DNA of 64,000 nt. Origin: Bispira polyomma. Lineage: Eukaryota. Shown here in pieces: positions 1 to 12,449 of this stretch (its first letter is position 1; the number at the start of each line of letters is the position of its first letter). The stretch lies in contig OZ287750.1 in the NCBI GenBank assembly GCA_965649765.1, positions 1,550,001 to 1,614,000 on the forward strand, read 5' to 3'. The notes under the pieces are model-generated. The model ran no database searches, was not told the DNA's origin, and was given only the letters and a program-made list of their open reading frames with translations. The position numbers and the translations under genes are program-made.

Positions 1-704
1 TATGTGTGTCATCCTTTAAACAACCTGAGATATCATCAGTTACCATATATATTTTTTTCTAGTTTTGCACAACAAATTCAGTAATAACGTCTTTTAGATT
101 GCTGCCGTGTACTATCGAGAGAATGATAAAGAGGCATTATTTCATAAGATTGTCAACAAAATAGAAAACTGCATTGTATGCAAAAGATGTGTTTATTTTA
201 TCAGGAACAGAAAGACTTAATGAAATGTTGCCTGCGGCTCAATCGGCTCATGTGGTTTAATTTGTTCTATGAAAACTCTTTTGCATAAAATATGCTTAAG
301 ATGGTCATTTGAAGTGAAGAGAAGTTTTACTGGCACATGCCTAAACCTCTGGCCATTTGGACTGTCGCCACTTTAACGAAATGGGCATTTTAATGCTTGG
401 AGAATATTAATTTTAGGTGTTAGATCGCTGATACTAAACAGAGATGAGGAGCCTTGCTATTGGCATGTGTTGAAGTGTGCTGTTGTTATTTTTGGAATTG
501 ATGATTTTTTCTGCTCTTTTCTATATGTGCAAAGATGGCATACAGACGGGTATAATTACTACTTAAACATTTCCACGTCTGAAGATCAAAGTTAAAGTTA
601 GCTTTTTACACAGTTAAAACCTGAAAGATATTCTGTAGTCTCCCTACAAATTGCATGTGCATAAACTGTGTCGTTATTTGTCGAAGAACGACAGGGAAGG
701 TATA

Positions 705-1335
705 ATTTTTAGTCCTGTCCAAATCACATTGCTGTAGACATTGAATCAGCAGTGTGATATCCTGAAACCTTCCGTGCTTGGACAAGATCTCCGGAACATG
801 ATGTTACAAGAATGTCATGTGTGGGTACAGATATCACTTTGGGGGTGCAATGTCATGTGTGGGTACAGATATCACTTGTGGGGTGCAATGTCATGTGTGG
901 GTACAGATATCACTTTGTGGGTACAATGTCATGTGTGGGTACAGATATCACTTTGGGGGTCTGACCTCATTGTTTAACCTTTTGACCCTCAGAGTTATAA
1001 CCTCAAAGATCGTATTCAGACTCAGGAACTACTTATACATATTCCAACAGCGGTTATGAGGCGGTTACAGTTGTGATGGTCATGATGGTCTGACCTCATT
1101 GGGATCTTTGACCTTGGAATTATAACTTTGACCTTTTAATGTCTTGTTCAGACTTGATCTCAGTAACTATATGTTAAAAGGAGATCACACTTGACATAGA
1201 TATTAATGATATGTTGGTGAGACCTACCTCAGTCATAGTTGGACCTCATTTTGACATCTATGTTGTAGTAGTTTGTAATTACTAAATATGACCATGACCT
1301 GCAAACTCTTGTGGAGAAATATTTCTCAGGAACTG
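705..1335 (+). mobile_element. Degenerate HINE/Helentron-like non-autonomous element
   Basis: Begins ttttagtc; repeated tgacct(t)(t)gacc and ctcagga/taactact motifs also seen at 6770-7520. Boundaries approximate. Confidence 0.4.
811..960. repeat. 38-bp minisatellite, 4 copies
   Basis: Unit aatgtcatgtgtgggtacagatatcactttgggggtgc starts at 811, 849, 887 and 925. Confidence 0.95.
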
Positions 1336-1517
1336 CTAGTCAGGTGAAGAATTTAAAGAGTATAAATTATGTTCCGTTCTCCCAACTTTTATGTTATTGT
1401 AGTACTTTGTACTAAAAAAATGTGCCTCTTCTGATCTGTATTCTCTTCTGCTGGGATTGACAATTATTTAAACCAAGTCATGCTGTCTGATCATTTTTAC
1501 ATAATAGGCGTTGTTAT

Positions 1518-1675
1518 ACAGAATGAAACCGCTTTAAATAGAACTCTGTTGAGTTGATTTTCTCTTAAGTAAATTCCACATGATCCTTCTCTTTCAAAAT
1601 ATACCCTGTTAAGTGAAAGCACTGCTAAAAAGTCTAGTCTGTTCCCTTGAGGTTCCACTTAAAGGGGTTCAACTA
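1518..1675. mobile_element. Tigger/pogo-like MITE (cagtcaaacccctttaagtagaact family), degenerate
   Basis: tacagaatgaaaccgctttaaatagaactctg...ttccacttaaaggggttcaact; same family at 11730-11985, 60749-61090 and 62775-63299. Confidence 0.55.
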
Positions 1676-2087
1676 TTTTGGATACCAGTATTTAGTCATA
1701 GGGTTTACACTATCTAATTTCACTTATTTTCTGTTTTATCTCAAAGCTGTGGGTTTTTGCATCTCATTATTTGTGTAAAGTATAAACACATTTCCAACTT
1801 GTCAATCTGCTAAAAATTAATATAAAAATAAAAACCCTGGGGAACTGAATATTAATATTGGTGTGCAACCTCTAAAACTTAAAAAAAAAAAGTTCTTATA
1901 TTTATAGTTTCATGTGTTGCCATACTTACTATATTGTTTGTAGCTCGTATATTGACACCGTAAATTGGTAATAAATTAAAAGTCTTACTTAGATGAAGTA
2001 GTAAAATGTAAGAAGTGTGCCACTAATTGATTGATGGCTTTGCACTGAGTTGTCATCTTTGACTACAGAGTGCTCCACCAATAGGAG

Positions 2088-2727
2088 ATACAAAATGTGT
2101 GTGAGAAACTACACCACAATATATGGTGTACAGTGGTATGATCTAAAAACTAATACAAAATGTGTGTGAGAAAGTACACCACAATATATGGTGTACAGTG
2201 GTATGATCTAAAAACTAATACAAAATGTGTGTGAGAAACTACACCACAATATATGGTGTACAGTGGTATGACCTAAAAACTAATACAAAATGTGTGTGAG
2301 AAACTACACTATAATATCTGGTATACAATGGTATGATCCAAAAACTAATACAAAATGTGTGTGAGAAACTACACTACAATATATGGTGTACAGTGGTATG
2401 ATATAAAAACTAATGTATGTCCATCACTACAGTACAATATCTTGTGTACAATGGTATGATCTAAAAACTAATACAAAATGTTTGTCCATCACTACAATAT
2501 CTGGTATACAGTGGTATGATCTAAAAACTAATACAAAATGTGTGTCCATCACTACAATATCTGGTATACAATGATATGATCTAAAAACTAATACAAATAT
2601 GTGTCCATCACTACACTACAATATCTGGTATACAATGGTTTGATCTAAAAACTAATACAAAATATGTGTCCATCACTACACTACAATATCTTGTGTACAG
2701 TGGTATGATCTAAAAACTAATACAAAA
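2088..2727. repeat. ~60-65-bp minisatellite, ~10 copies
   Basis: Unit atacaaaatgtgtgtgagaaactacaccacaatatatggtgtacagtggtatgatctaaaaacta; period 65 in the first half. Confidence 0.95.
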
Positions 2728-4110
2728 TCATCAGTGAGGAAATCTTAGAAAAATTTGTAGTCCCACAAAAGGTTCCATGGAAAAGAGTTTAACTATTTAA
2801 GTAAGACAGTTAAAATTGACTCAGAACATTTCTTTTTCAAATTGACCACCATATATTAGGTGTGTGTAATTGTGATATACAAAAAGTTTGTGATGTCATT
2901 GACCTGATTACAGGTGCAAATACAGTTGTACATCTGCTGGTGAAGACTTTGTTGTGTACAACAAGAAGTGTTTCTTTAAAAATGCTAAACTGACCTCATA
3001 CATCCTTCTCTGCTGTTTGTATTGTGCAGTGAAGAAGTGTCACATTTCTTCTAATGATTGAGATCAATAAATGTTATGTGTGCTCACTCCTCAATTGGAC
3101 CAGGAAGGGGGAAAAACGGGGACATTAAACATGTCGAAATCAATGACCATGTTTTCACTACTATCTCCTTGTTGTGGCTGACATCACATGACTACTCTTA
3201 ATTTCAAATTCCACTTGTTTTACCAGCCGTCTTGAAGGGGTGCCACCTGAACCTTTGCCTTTGTTTGACAATTGTTTCTGAAACCTGTAAAAAACTAAAA
3301 ACTCTCCAAGATTATTGCACTGTTCATATTGATTTTTACAGTTACACCCAGATTATTGCTTTGTCAATAAGTTTTTTTTTTTTTTTTTGTTTTGTTTGTC
3401 TAAAATAAGAAAATACATGCTGAGTAGCAACAGCGTTTCATGAATTTTTTGGTTCTGTACCATGCTATTTCTTATTGAGTTATGTTAACTGTATAACCTT
3501 ATTAAGTTGATAACTGTCGCCCACATACACGTTTTACCAAGAAATCATCTCTTTTTTTTTTTTAAACTTGATGAATTAAGTATTGTTTCAAAGCCTCATA
3601 ACTTGTTTCAAAGGTGACTGGATGACTCAGCAGTCTTGGGTTGTGGTCAGATTCGTAAAAGGTTTGGATTGGAATGATTTAGATTTAGGTCCTTGTGTTT
3701 TTGAATCACCATCATGCATTTTGTCTATTTTTTTGTTACATTCATGCATAATCCACCCATTTTACACAACTGCTCTTGTCTTATTATATTAAACAAATGT
3801 TTGGATTTTCTAGTTGTACATAAACTAATTAACTCAAGCAAGAATTTAATCATTTTCATATAACTTTTTACACTGGTTTGGTTTTAAAGATTTTGAAGAA
3901 GATAACAATGGCCTATACTAAAACTGTTTACTTATTTGCTCAAAGGGATTTAAATTCCTTTCAGAAAAATGATTTGGATTTAAATCCTTTCAAAAGGAGT
4001 CAGTCAACATAGGAATCTTAGCTACTTTAGCTAATAAGTCAGAATGGTAAAAATTATTTCCCAATAAAAGTTTAAACTTGTAATGATTTTTAAATATAAA
4101 ATAGGTTACA

Positions 4111-4234
4111 TGTATAATGAAAATTGACAGAGTCTACTGTATAATGAAAATTAACAGATTCTACTGTATAATGAAAATTAACAGAGTCTACTGTATAATG
4201 AAAATTAACAGTCTACTATATAATGAAAATTAAC
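4111..4234. repeat. 27-bp minisatellite, ~4.5 copies
   Basis: Unit tgtataatgaaaattaacagagtctac. Confidence 0.9.
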
Positions 4235-4328
4235 GGTAATACATGTACCTGTGAAATTTTTAAAATTGCAAGTTAGTGAAATTTTCTGCATTCTCAAATC
4301 TCTATTGGGACAGTTTTAATTATGTTGA

Positions 4329-4600
4329 GGGGGCCGTGGTGGCCTAGTGGTTAGCAAGCATTGCGCTTCACAATCACTAGTCTCTCACCTCTGGGCGGTG
4401 TGAGTTTGACTCCCGTCAATGCCTATGTAGGAAAGGTGGTAGTTCCTTACTGTGGGCCGCTGGTTTTAGTGCAGAACCTTGATCAACTGTATGCAGTGTT
4501 TCCTCCAGCGTTTCCAAATACCCTCCCCAATATAACCTAAACAGGTACTAGAGTGGACGTTAAATATCCCAATTAAAAAAAAAATACAAAAAAAAAAAAA
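4329..4600 (+). mobile_element. tRNA-derived SINE, family A, A-rich tail
   Basis: A-box TGGCCTAGTGG, degenerate B-box gagtttgactcc; body near-identical to 31847-32100; possible imperfect TSD atta(t)gttgag. Confidence 0.9.
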
Positions 4601-5009
4601 CATTAGTTGAGCAGTTAAGTATCTGCCAAAAGTGATATTTAAAAAAGCTTTTTATTTAAATAATCAGAATTAAGTTTTCATAAATCTTTTCATAAGGCAA
4701 AAATAGTGAACAAATTTTTAAATGGTGTCAAAATGAATGCATCGTTATGGTCAAATCAGTGTCACTGTGAACATTCTGGCCAAATCTATGTCTACAAGCA
4801 GGAAATGGGTAATTCCGACTGTGATCTTGAGTTTTCAAGGCTCCGAATTAACTGAACATGTTAGGAGAGCAAGATTTTTGTTTGGGTAAATAATAAAAAG
4901 CTCATCAAAGGGAAAGGGCTTTGGTCTATAAAACGATTAAAGGAATGTCTTTTTGGGAGAGGTGGAGTATGAACAACTAAAATGGCCCTGTAGGTATTCA
5001 GAGATAAGC

Positions 5010-5088
5010 TACCACTGTGGCTCAGTGGGTAACTCAACTCCCTTTGGAACACTGTGCACCTGGGCTCAATCCCATCCTGGGGCAACTA
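5010..5088 (+). mobile_element. Isolated tRNA-like SINE head or tRNA pseudogene
   Basis: A-box TGGCTCAGTGG and B-box-like gggctcaatccc at tRNA spacing; shares ttggaacac with the minus-strand head at 39760-39813. Confidence 0.55.
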
Positions 5089-6027
5089 CATCAAGAGGAC
5101 AAACATTTAAATATTTTGTTAATTTTTTTTAATCATTTTAAATCTATTAAACACATTTTAAAAAGCTCTATGCAGTATGGATCTACCAGAAATGTTTATA
5201 GATGACACTAAAGACAATATTTGTTGAACTTATCACCGTGTTAAGTTGTTAACCTAATTACTACAAATTAGCTGACACAATAAGCCACAATATTTTACCT
5301 TCCTAAATCCAGTGATATTATTTAATCTCTTTAAAATTCTAGGGTTTTTTTTTAATTTTGAAAAGCAATATTCTATTATACCTATTTCCAAGTTTATTTT
5401 TTAAAAAGTGACGTCTTTTTATTAAAAAAGTTACTTTATGAACATTGTTAAGAAATATTTTTGACATTTTGTGTCATTTTATGACCACAGTGTGGTTGAA
5501 TGCTTGATATTAGAAGTTCTTTGCGTCTGTATAATCAATCCTAATTGAATTCATTTTCTACAAAAAGAAATTGATTTAAAATTAAATATCATGGCATCTG
5601 ATTGTCATATTATGTTGTGATATTAATCTAACAATGGTAACTCTGCGTGAGGGAGGTTTAATTCAAAGAATTTATCTCTGCAGCCATGGGGGGAATCTTG
5701 ATTTATTTGTAATTCTGTATTAAATGTCTAAATTACACTGAAATTAAATATCAAATGACAGAGTTCAGGAAGTGGGGCCTACTATGTTTTGTGTTTCCTT
5801 TCTTCCATCATTTTATGTTAATAACAGAGCTAATATTACACTGTATGACTCGGTCATATTAAAATCGCGACATTATAACTTATTTTTATCTAACACCCCT
5901 CCTACTCTCTTATAAGGTGACCTTATATGGTTTATAGTTCTGTACATTTGAGGCTATTTGTGCACAATCTTCTCTGGTCAGAGGTCAGAAGCTACTGCAA
6001 GTATCTCAATGGAAAGTAAAACCAACA

Positions 6028-6695
6028 CAGTAGAACCTCTATCAACCAAACTTCACTTATCCAAATATTCCATTTGATCAACTCCCCTCCACTGTCTCCT
6101 AGAGTTATGTTTCTTATTATTTTATGTACAGAATTGCCTTTTCTATTGGCTAAATTCGAGAATTCCCTGTACTTTTCTCTATTTTAAAACTTAGTTTCAA
6201 ATAAAGTAGTCTGTCATAAACACATATATGATTATACACGGTCTTACCTTCACAGACTCCCTCCCTGGTTACGACCTTTTTTCCATCCACCATAACATGA
6301 TTACTGAATAGCGACTCTTATTTTTTGCACCTTAGAATCCGCTAGTACGGAGATCATGCGCTAGTACAGAATTGATTAGATTAGATTAGATATATGATAT
6401 TTCTTTTTTTAATTTTAATTTTTTTTTCCAATATATACCAATTGATAGGTTGACATACTTTTAAATAAAATTTTAAAAGAACATTTTTATAACATATCTA
6501 CTTGTCCACCTGGAAACCTAGCTTTATTTAAAATATAGCAACATATATTCTGCACTTTTTTCCAATACTTGCATGTATTCCTACACAGAAATCTTCGTAT
6601 TCATGTATGTAATCCTTCCCTACTCTTTTGTGAACCTTCAATTATCAGAACTTAATCTCCTCCTGCATGTTGGTATAATAGAAGTTTGTTCTGCT
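6028..6695. mobile_element. Tigger-like MITE (cagtagaacctctattatcc family) interrupted by an L2 3' fragment
   Basis: Left end cagtagaacctctatc, degenerate right end ggtataatagaagtttg. Many relatives in the window (approx. 9460, 12015, 32558, 53810, 62397). Confidence 0.55.
6233..6389 (+). mobile_element. L2 LINE 3'-UTR fragment with (GATTA)n tail
   Basis: Similar to 30870-31024 and to the reverse complement of 38757-38942; 9-bp duplication atatatgat at 6224-6232 and 6390-6398. Confidence 0.75.
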
Positions 6696-6769
6696 ATGGG
6701 TCTGATATACCGATAATGTGTTTAGGAGCTGGGTTTATTTATTTAGTCGATTTAGTGTCTAATTAGTTA

Positions 6770-7520
6770 TCATTTTTACCCCCAAACATTAATGACTGTT
6801 AAGCTGGGTGCTTGTTTCCATTGTTCTGCATCTAAGATTATTCTTTGTCCACACTAGATGTTTAGAACTACACATTACGGGAATTTCATATCTGGAGGGT
6901 CCAATATTCACAAACGGTTGTAGGTATACAATGTCCTGGTCCTGGTCTGATTTCATATTGATCTTTGATCTGAACATAATAATAACCATGACTGTAACAT
7001 CAAATTTGATCCCATTAACCTCTTGCTGTTTTGTCACTGGAACCTGTACACCAAGGTATACCCACCTCAGTCTGAATCATCCCCTGGCGTTCTCTGTGGT
7101 GCTTGACCTTTTTTCTGTCTCTAGATATTGAAATTGGTTTGTTGTCTTGGTGCTGTTGCGCCTTAGAGTCCCCTTCGTAACGGGGAGAATAAGCGCTATA
7201 AAAGTACAATTACAATTGTATTGTGACGTTTGACCTTAAGGTTATGACATTGACCTTAGAATCTTGTGTGGACAATATCTCTATAACTACTGATCATGGT
7301 AAGTTTGGTACACATATTCATAATGGGGTAGTATGTCTTGTAGATTTGTGATATTATGGTGTACAACCTCATTTTAACCTTTAACCGACCTTGACCTAAA
7401 AATGTTGTTCATGTTGTATGTCAGTAACTAACTTTTTGTCACAGAAAGTTAATAGTTGGTACAAATAATATTTAGGAATTGTGGATGTGCAAAGATCCTG
7501 TTTTGACCTTTGACATCCAG
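6770..7520 (+). mobile_element. Degenerate HINE-like element hosting an L2 3' fragment
   Basis: tttttaccccc head; tgacc(t)ttgacc motifs and ~150-bp degenerate internal repeats. Confidence 0.4.
7040..7220 (+). mobile_element. L2 LINE 3' end
   Basis: LYTKVYPP remnant of the ORF2 C-terminus, stem-loop gcgccttagagtcccc...ggggagaataagcgc, (caatta)n-like tail. Confidence 0.7.
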
Positions 7521-9111
7521 TACATCCATTAAGTAATAGTTTAATGCACTATGTCTAACAATGTTTGACTTGAGCGACTATGCCAGTAGTACTGAGTTTA
7601 TATCATAGGATGCATCTGGAAGTTCTATAAACTTTTTCAAAAATAGCCTGTTAGATTGAATCAGTTGAAGTTTATTTTCTTACTGATAATGTCGCGCAAA
7701 TCTAAATTTATGTGTCTAAAGTTTTGACTTTTACCAAACCTTGCTGTATATGTCAGGATTCTAGGAACAGATCATAAGTGACAGTTTTCTCCAGTGCTTA
7801 CTTCAAATTTTTAGACATGGAAAAGTATTTGCAGTCATTTTGTGTCTTGACTCTTGAGTACATATAAATGTTGTCATTCAAGATGTGCTTATTCAGAACA
7901 GAAGTAAAAGTATTTTAAATTGACAAACTTGCTTCCAACAACCACAAAGAAATGCTTCATCTTGTAACTAAATCAAATGTTAAAGTGTTTGTGCTGATTA
8001 TTGTTTTTTTTATTTGTTAATTATTTACAGACCAATGTAAAGTAAAAAAAAAAACACCAGTCATTCTGAAATATTGTTGCACTAAGTAAATATCCAGCTA
8101 CAAAACAAAAAAACAACATACATGTAAATAAATAAAAAAAGAATAGAAGCTGCAGATGATTAAAGCCAAATTGTTGCCAGTTTATTACATTTGGTGTTGT
8201 CTTGATACAATAAGTATTGTAAACGAAGGACAAGTCTTAAATTGCCCTCTGGCCAAAGAATGTCGTCGCTTGTCGCATGTCAAAACCATAATCTTCATGT
8301 GAATTGCAAGTTGTAGCTGTGGGGCCCAGTGATTGTGTAGAAAGTTATGATGTGATCTATTTGGAAGGCTTAATTCCTTCATTCCACCTTAATTGAAGAA
8401 AGAGAAATGAAGAAAGCACTTAGGCCTATTGCAGAAAATGTCTCCCTCAAAAATAATTATAACGATACACGCTCCAAGTAGCCAAACACACACATGCGTC
8501 AGTAAAAGTGGCTCAACCATTTTAGTCTGTTTTTTCATCTTTTTCTACTACAAAAATATATCAAGGGTGGATCAGATTTTTGCTATTTTAACCCCCACCT
8601 TCTTGGGGGTGGGGGGGAAGAGTCCAGAAATTGACAGTTTTTATCTGACCATAAAAGTGGCAGTTAAAGATGTAGTTTTCCTCTGTGGGCTGGGTGATAA
8701 TAAGGGATACTGCCAAATGTAAATCTTTCTCCAAAAGCTATTCTTAAATGACAATACTGCTTTAACATTTGTCACGTTAATATCTTTTTACAACAGTGAT
8801 TCACTGATGTGCACATTATGCTATTAAAATAAGAGACAGGCCCCTGTTTTAGTCCTTGTCCTCTGGTTTTTTTTAGTGGCTACTTATCTTTTTTTTAAAC
8901 GTTGACCTGAGTTTGAGTTTTGTCGTAAATTCTGATTATTCATTTCAATTTATGAACGAATGGGCTTTGTGTCGTTTATCACTTGCAGTTACCCTTGTTA
9001 TACATTTTTAGTTGTTGATTTTAAGTAAACATGACTGTAACATATAAGGAGTTTTCAGACGGGGCAAATTCAACTTTTTCTCTGTCCAGTTCGCTGTAGA
9101 CAATTGTCTGC

Positions 9112-9970
9112 TTTTTGGACGTCTGAGCTGAAAGCCTCAGTGAGCTCAAGCCTTTTTGTGTGTTTTGACTCTTTATTCAGCCTCGTCTAGCTGTCTACAG
9201 ATTTCATAATTCTTGAGACGCTGTATATATATGGAGCAATATGTATTTTAAATTGCTTCGCAGAACAGCAGGGTTACAGAGAGAGGGGAATCATTTACTC
9301 CACTGCCAAAAACTAGTGTTAACGTTTTAAGCACTCGTTTTAGATACATAGTTTTACATTAAATTTACATTTTCTTTATTTTTGAGAAAAAAGTAGTGCC
9401 AGTTAATCTTATATTATGAGTGTAAGAATATTAAATAGAAGTGGAAATAAAATTGAGTGCAGTAAAACCTCTATTGTCCGCATTATTAGCCAAATATTCA
9501 GTTTTATGAACTCATTAAGTCTCATTGGTCGTTACCACTCTCCCAAGTTTATTTTGTTCTATTTGTTTTTTACTGAAATGTCTCCTCTATTTTAACTGAT
9601 GTTGTATTATTCAAACAAAATCTTACTCTCCCAACATATTTGCATAATAGAGGTTCAATAATGGATTAAAGGTGGTAGGGTTTTGTGACCTTTAGAATCG
9701 GTTGAAATCGGTCCACAAAAAATTTATAATTTTTCCTATCTTTCCTATACAAACAGCACTTTCTTTGACAATCTTCTTCTCCAGAACCACTGAAGGGGTC
9801 AGTGTGAAATCTTGCAAACATATACCTTATCACTCATTAGGAAGAGTTGATGGTTGAGATTTGTAGTTTTAGGTTTTAACCATACAGATCTGTTTCTGGT
9901 ATTATCACTAAATTAAAGCTTCACTTCAACTTTGTACACTCAAAGCACTTTATTATTACTTCAACTTTTG
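9112..9970 (+). mobile_element. Bivalve-type HINE/Helitron-N fragments with a nested Tigger-like MITE (approx. 9460-9660)
   Basis: Head hairpin ctgagctgaaagcctcagtgagct and core motif atcttcttctccagaaccactg, both remembered from oyster HINE-type elements. Confidence 0.45.
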
Positions 9971-10199
9971 GGATGTATCGTTTTTTTTTTCAAAACTGTT
10001 TTTTAGTTACTTTTGTGTTACATTTTCCATCCAAGTCGCCTGCCCGTCTCTTGTAAGTGCGGGATATGTACCGTTACTTTTCATAAGGAGGCTACTGATC
10101 ACTGAGTATAGTAATACTTTAGTATTTCAGGAACATACCAGAAGTTTGAGGACCTCCTTAGGATTGTCAGCTTGTTTTATAATTTAGTCTGTTATGCTG

Positions 10200-11472
10200 T
10201 CTCATGTGCCCTTACCCTCCTTGATTTGTCTGCTGCATTTGACACAATTGACCACAAGATACTTTCTGAATGCCTTAATCTATGGTTCGGGCTATCTGAC
10301 TCGGTTCTTCAATGGATTGAATCCTATCTCGAATGCCGTGATCAAATCATCAGGGTCAACGGATCTAAGTCATCTCCTTTTGATCTCCCTTTCGGTGTCC
10401 CTCAAGGTTCTGTCCTAGGGCCCCTTCTGTTTTCACTGTACACTACTCCCCTCGCAAGTATAATATCCTCACACCACAATATCAGCTATCACTTCTATGC
10501 AGATGACACACAGATCTACTGCTCCCTCACTCCCAAAAATTGTTCCCAGATCCTAGAACAGCTTTCTAGCTGCCTATCTTTGATTAAATCTTGGATGAGT
10601 AATTCAAAATTGAAACTCAACCCTGACAAAACAGAATACTTACTTATTGGCTCCAAACATCAAAGGGAAAAGGTTCTTGACTTCTTCCTTGCTACTCTCC
10701 TTGGTAACAGCACTGTTCCAGCTGACAGTGCGAAGAACCTAGGAGTTACTTTTGACTCTGACTTCTCCTTCAAAAAACATGTCTCGAATATTTGTCGTTC
10801 CTGCTATGGCAACATCCGTGACTTTCACAGGATTCGACGACATTTAACCCAAGAGAATGCCATTGCAGTGGCAAATGCCCTGGTATCAAGTCGACTAGAT
10901 TATTGTAACTCACTACTATATGGAATTGGAAAGGGCCAAATAAACAAACTACAGAAAATACAAAATAACCTGTGCAGAATAGTTAGCCATGTTGGTCCTC
11001 ACACTACTCCCCTGCTGAAACAATTACATTGGTTACCTATTGAGTTTCGTATCAAATTTAAGGTAATTGTCCTCATTTTTAAGACAGTTCATGTACATCA
11101 ACCTGCCTATTTATCATTTATGCTGTCTCTTAGCAATCTCACCAGAGGCAATCGTCTCTCCACCTTTGGTTTCCTACCAAAAAAACATGTGGGTTCAAAA
11201 TCATTCTTAGTTGCAGCACCTGCTGAGTGGAATAGCCTCCCTACCAGTCTTCGGACTGAGACAAGCATCATGGGTTTCAGAAAAAGACTCAAAACACATC
11301 TGTATCAGCTCGCTTTCCCACCCTAGCATCCATCTGATGGTCACGACTGAATCTCTGATCGCAAACCTTTTTCTGTCTACCGGACTATGCTCTTGCACAC
11401 TTACTAGGATATGCACCACAGAGGATGCCTGGTCATCGATTGTGGCGCTATAGAAGTAAAAACAATAACATT
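10200..11472 (+). mobile_element. 5'-truncated L2-clade LINE (RT domain, ORF2 C-terminus to stop at 11326, 3' UTR)
   Basis: Motifs LDLSAAFDTIDH, GVPQGSVLGPLLF, FYADDTQ, LKLNPDKTE, SRLDYCNS, LHWLP and AFPP*; frame unbroken for ~375 codons; 3' stem-loop at 11413-11448. Confidence 0.95.
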
Positions 11473-11591
11473 AATCTAAGAAGTTTTCTCTCTCGTAAGT
11501 CAGTCCACCGGTTCTAATGTTTCAATTTGTTGTAATTTCTTACAATCTCCATGACTACAAGGAGGCTGTTATTGTTTATTTTCCCCACCAG

Positions 11592-11707
11592 AACCAAGCA
11601 ATGATCGCAGGATGAGCAGTGTCATGATGCCCGCTGACTCCACAACTAGAGATAAGCGCAGACGCAGGAGGGAGGAGAAACGTGCAAAACGGCCAAAGAA
11701 GGAACGG
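11592..11707 (+). CDS. CAAP1: Probable CAAP1 N-terminal coding exon (PSNDRRMSSVMMPADSTTRDKRRRRREEKRAKRPKKER; candidate ATG at 11612)
   Basis: Pyrimidine tract plus AG acceptor (ttttccccaccag) and GTCAGT donor at 11708. Open, purine-rich frame ending in phase 0, compatible with the exon at 37385. The basic RDKRRRR motif resembles the remembered vertebrate CAAP1 N-terminus (REKRRKRS). Linkage across 25.7 kb is inferred. Confidence 0.7.
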
Positions 11708-11729
11708 GTCAGTACAAGTCTAGTACAAG

Positions 11730-11985
11730 TCCTTTAAGTAGAACTCTGTTAAGTACAAGTCCAGTACAAGTCCATTACAAGTACAGACCAACCCCTTTAA
11801 ATAGAACTCTGTTAAGTACAAACCCTTTAAGTAAAACTTTGTTTAGTCTATTTCCTTTTTATGTATAGAAACATTAGTAGCCCATTAAAAACCCACCTCT
11901 TTTTAAAATCTATCCTATTCAGTGGAAATTCTGCTTAAGTAGATTTATTTCAGCTTTTGAGCTTCGACTTGAAGGGGTTTAATGG
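11730..11985. mobile_element. Tigger-like MITE remnants with local duplications
   Basis: ccctttaagtagaactctgttaagt repeated; right end ttcgacttgaaggggttt. Confidence 0.55.
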
Positions 11986-12449
11986 TATTACAATGTAAGT
12001 GTACTACACTTAGTGTAGAATATCTCTTATCCAGAGAATGATAAATCTTTAGAAAATGAAAATGTGTTCATCAAATCAAATCTACAGATCAATGACGTTT
12101 AGACAATAGAGGTTCTGCTGTATGTGAGGCTTTTTTAAATGGGTCAACTTTGACCTTTCACTTCTCATTCAATGTCATAGTATAAATATTTATAACAGCC
12201 CTTCTATGTTGATACTATTGGGGCTAGATGTTTGGTATGTGAAAGCGACTTCCAGGAATTCATGGACTAGGAATCTTTTTGTGGTAGATGCAGGTGACCT
12301 TTGATGCCTCAAGATTAAATAGAGCTATGTATATGTGAAGGGTCATATGGATCTTGGGTATTATTAGTCCTAGTGCTGACTGCCTAGTGGTCTAGAATAT
12401 GACCATAACTTGCCTGTATATGAAGACTGAAATCTTTTAAGAGAATGGA

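Noticed and set aside
2088-2727. tRNA-like ggtgtacagtggtatga in the repeat unit
   Set aside because: Poor A-box match and no terminal B-box.
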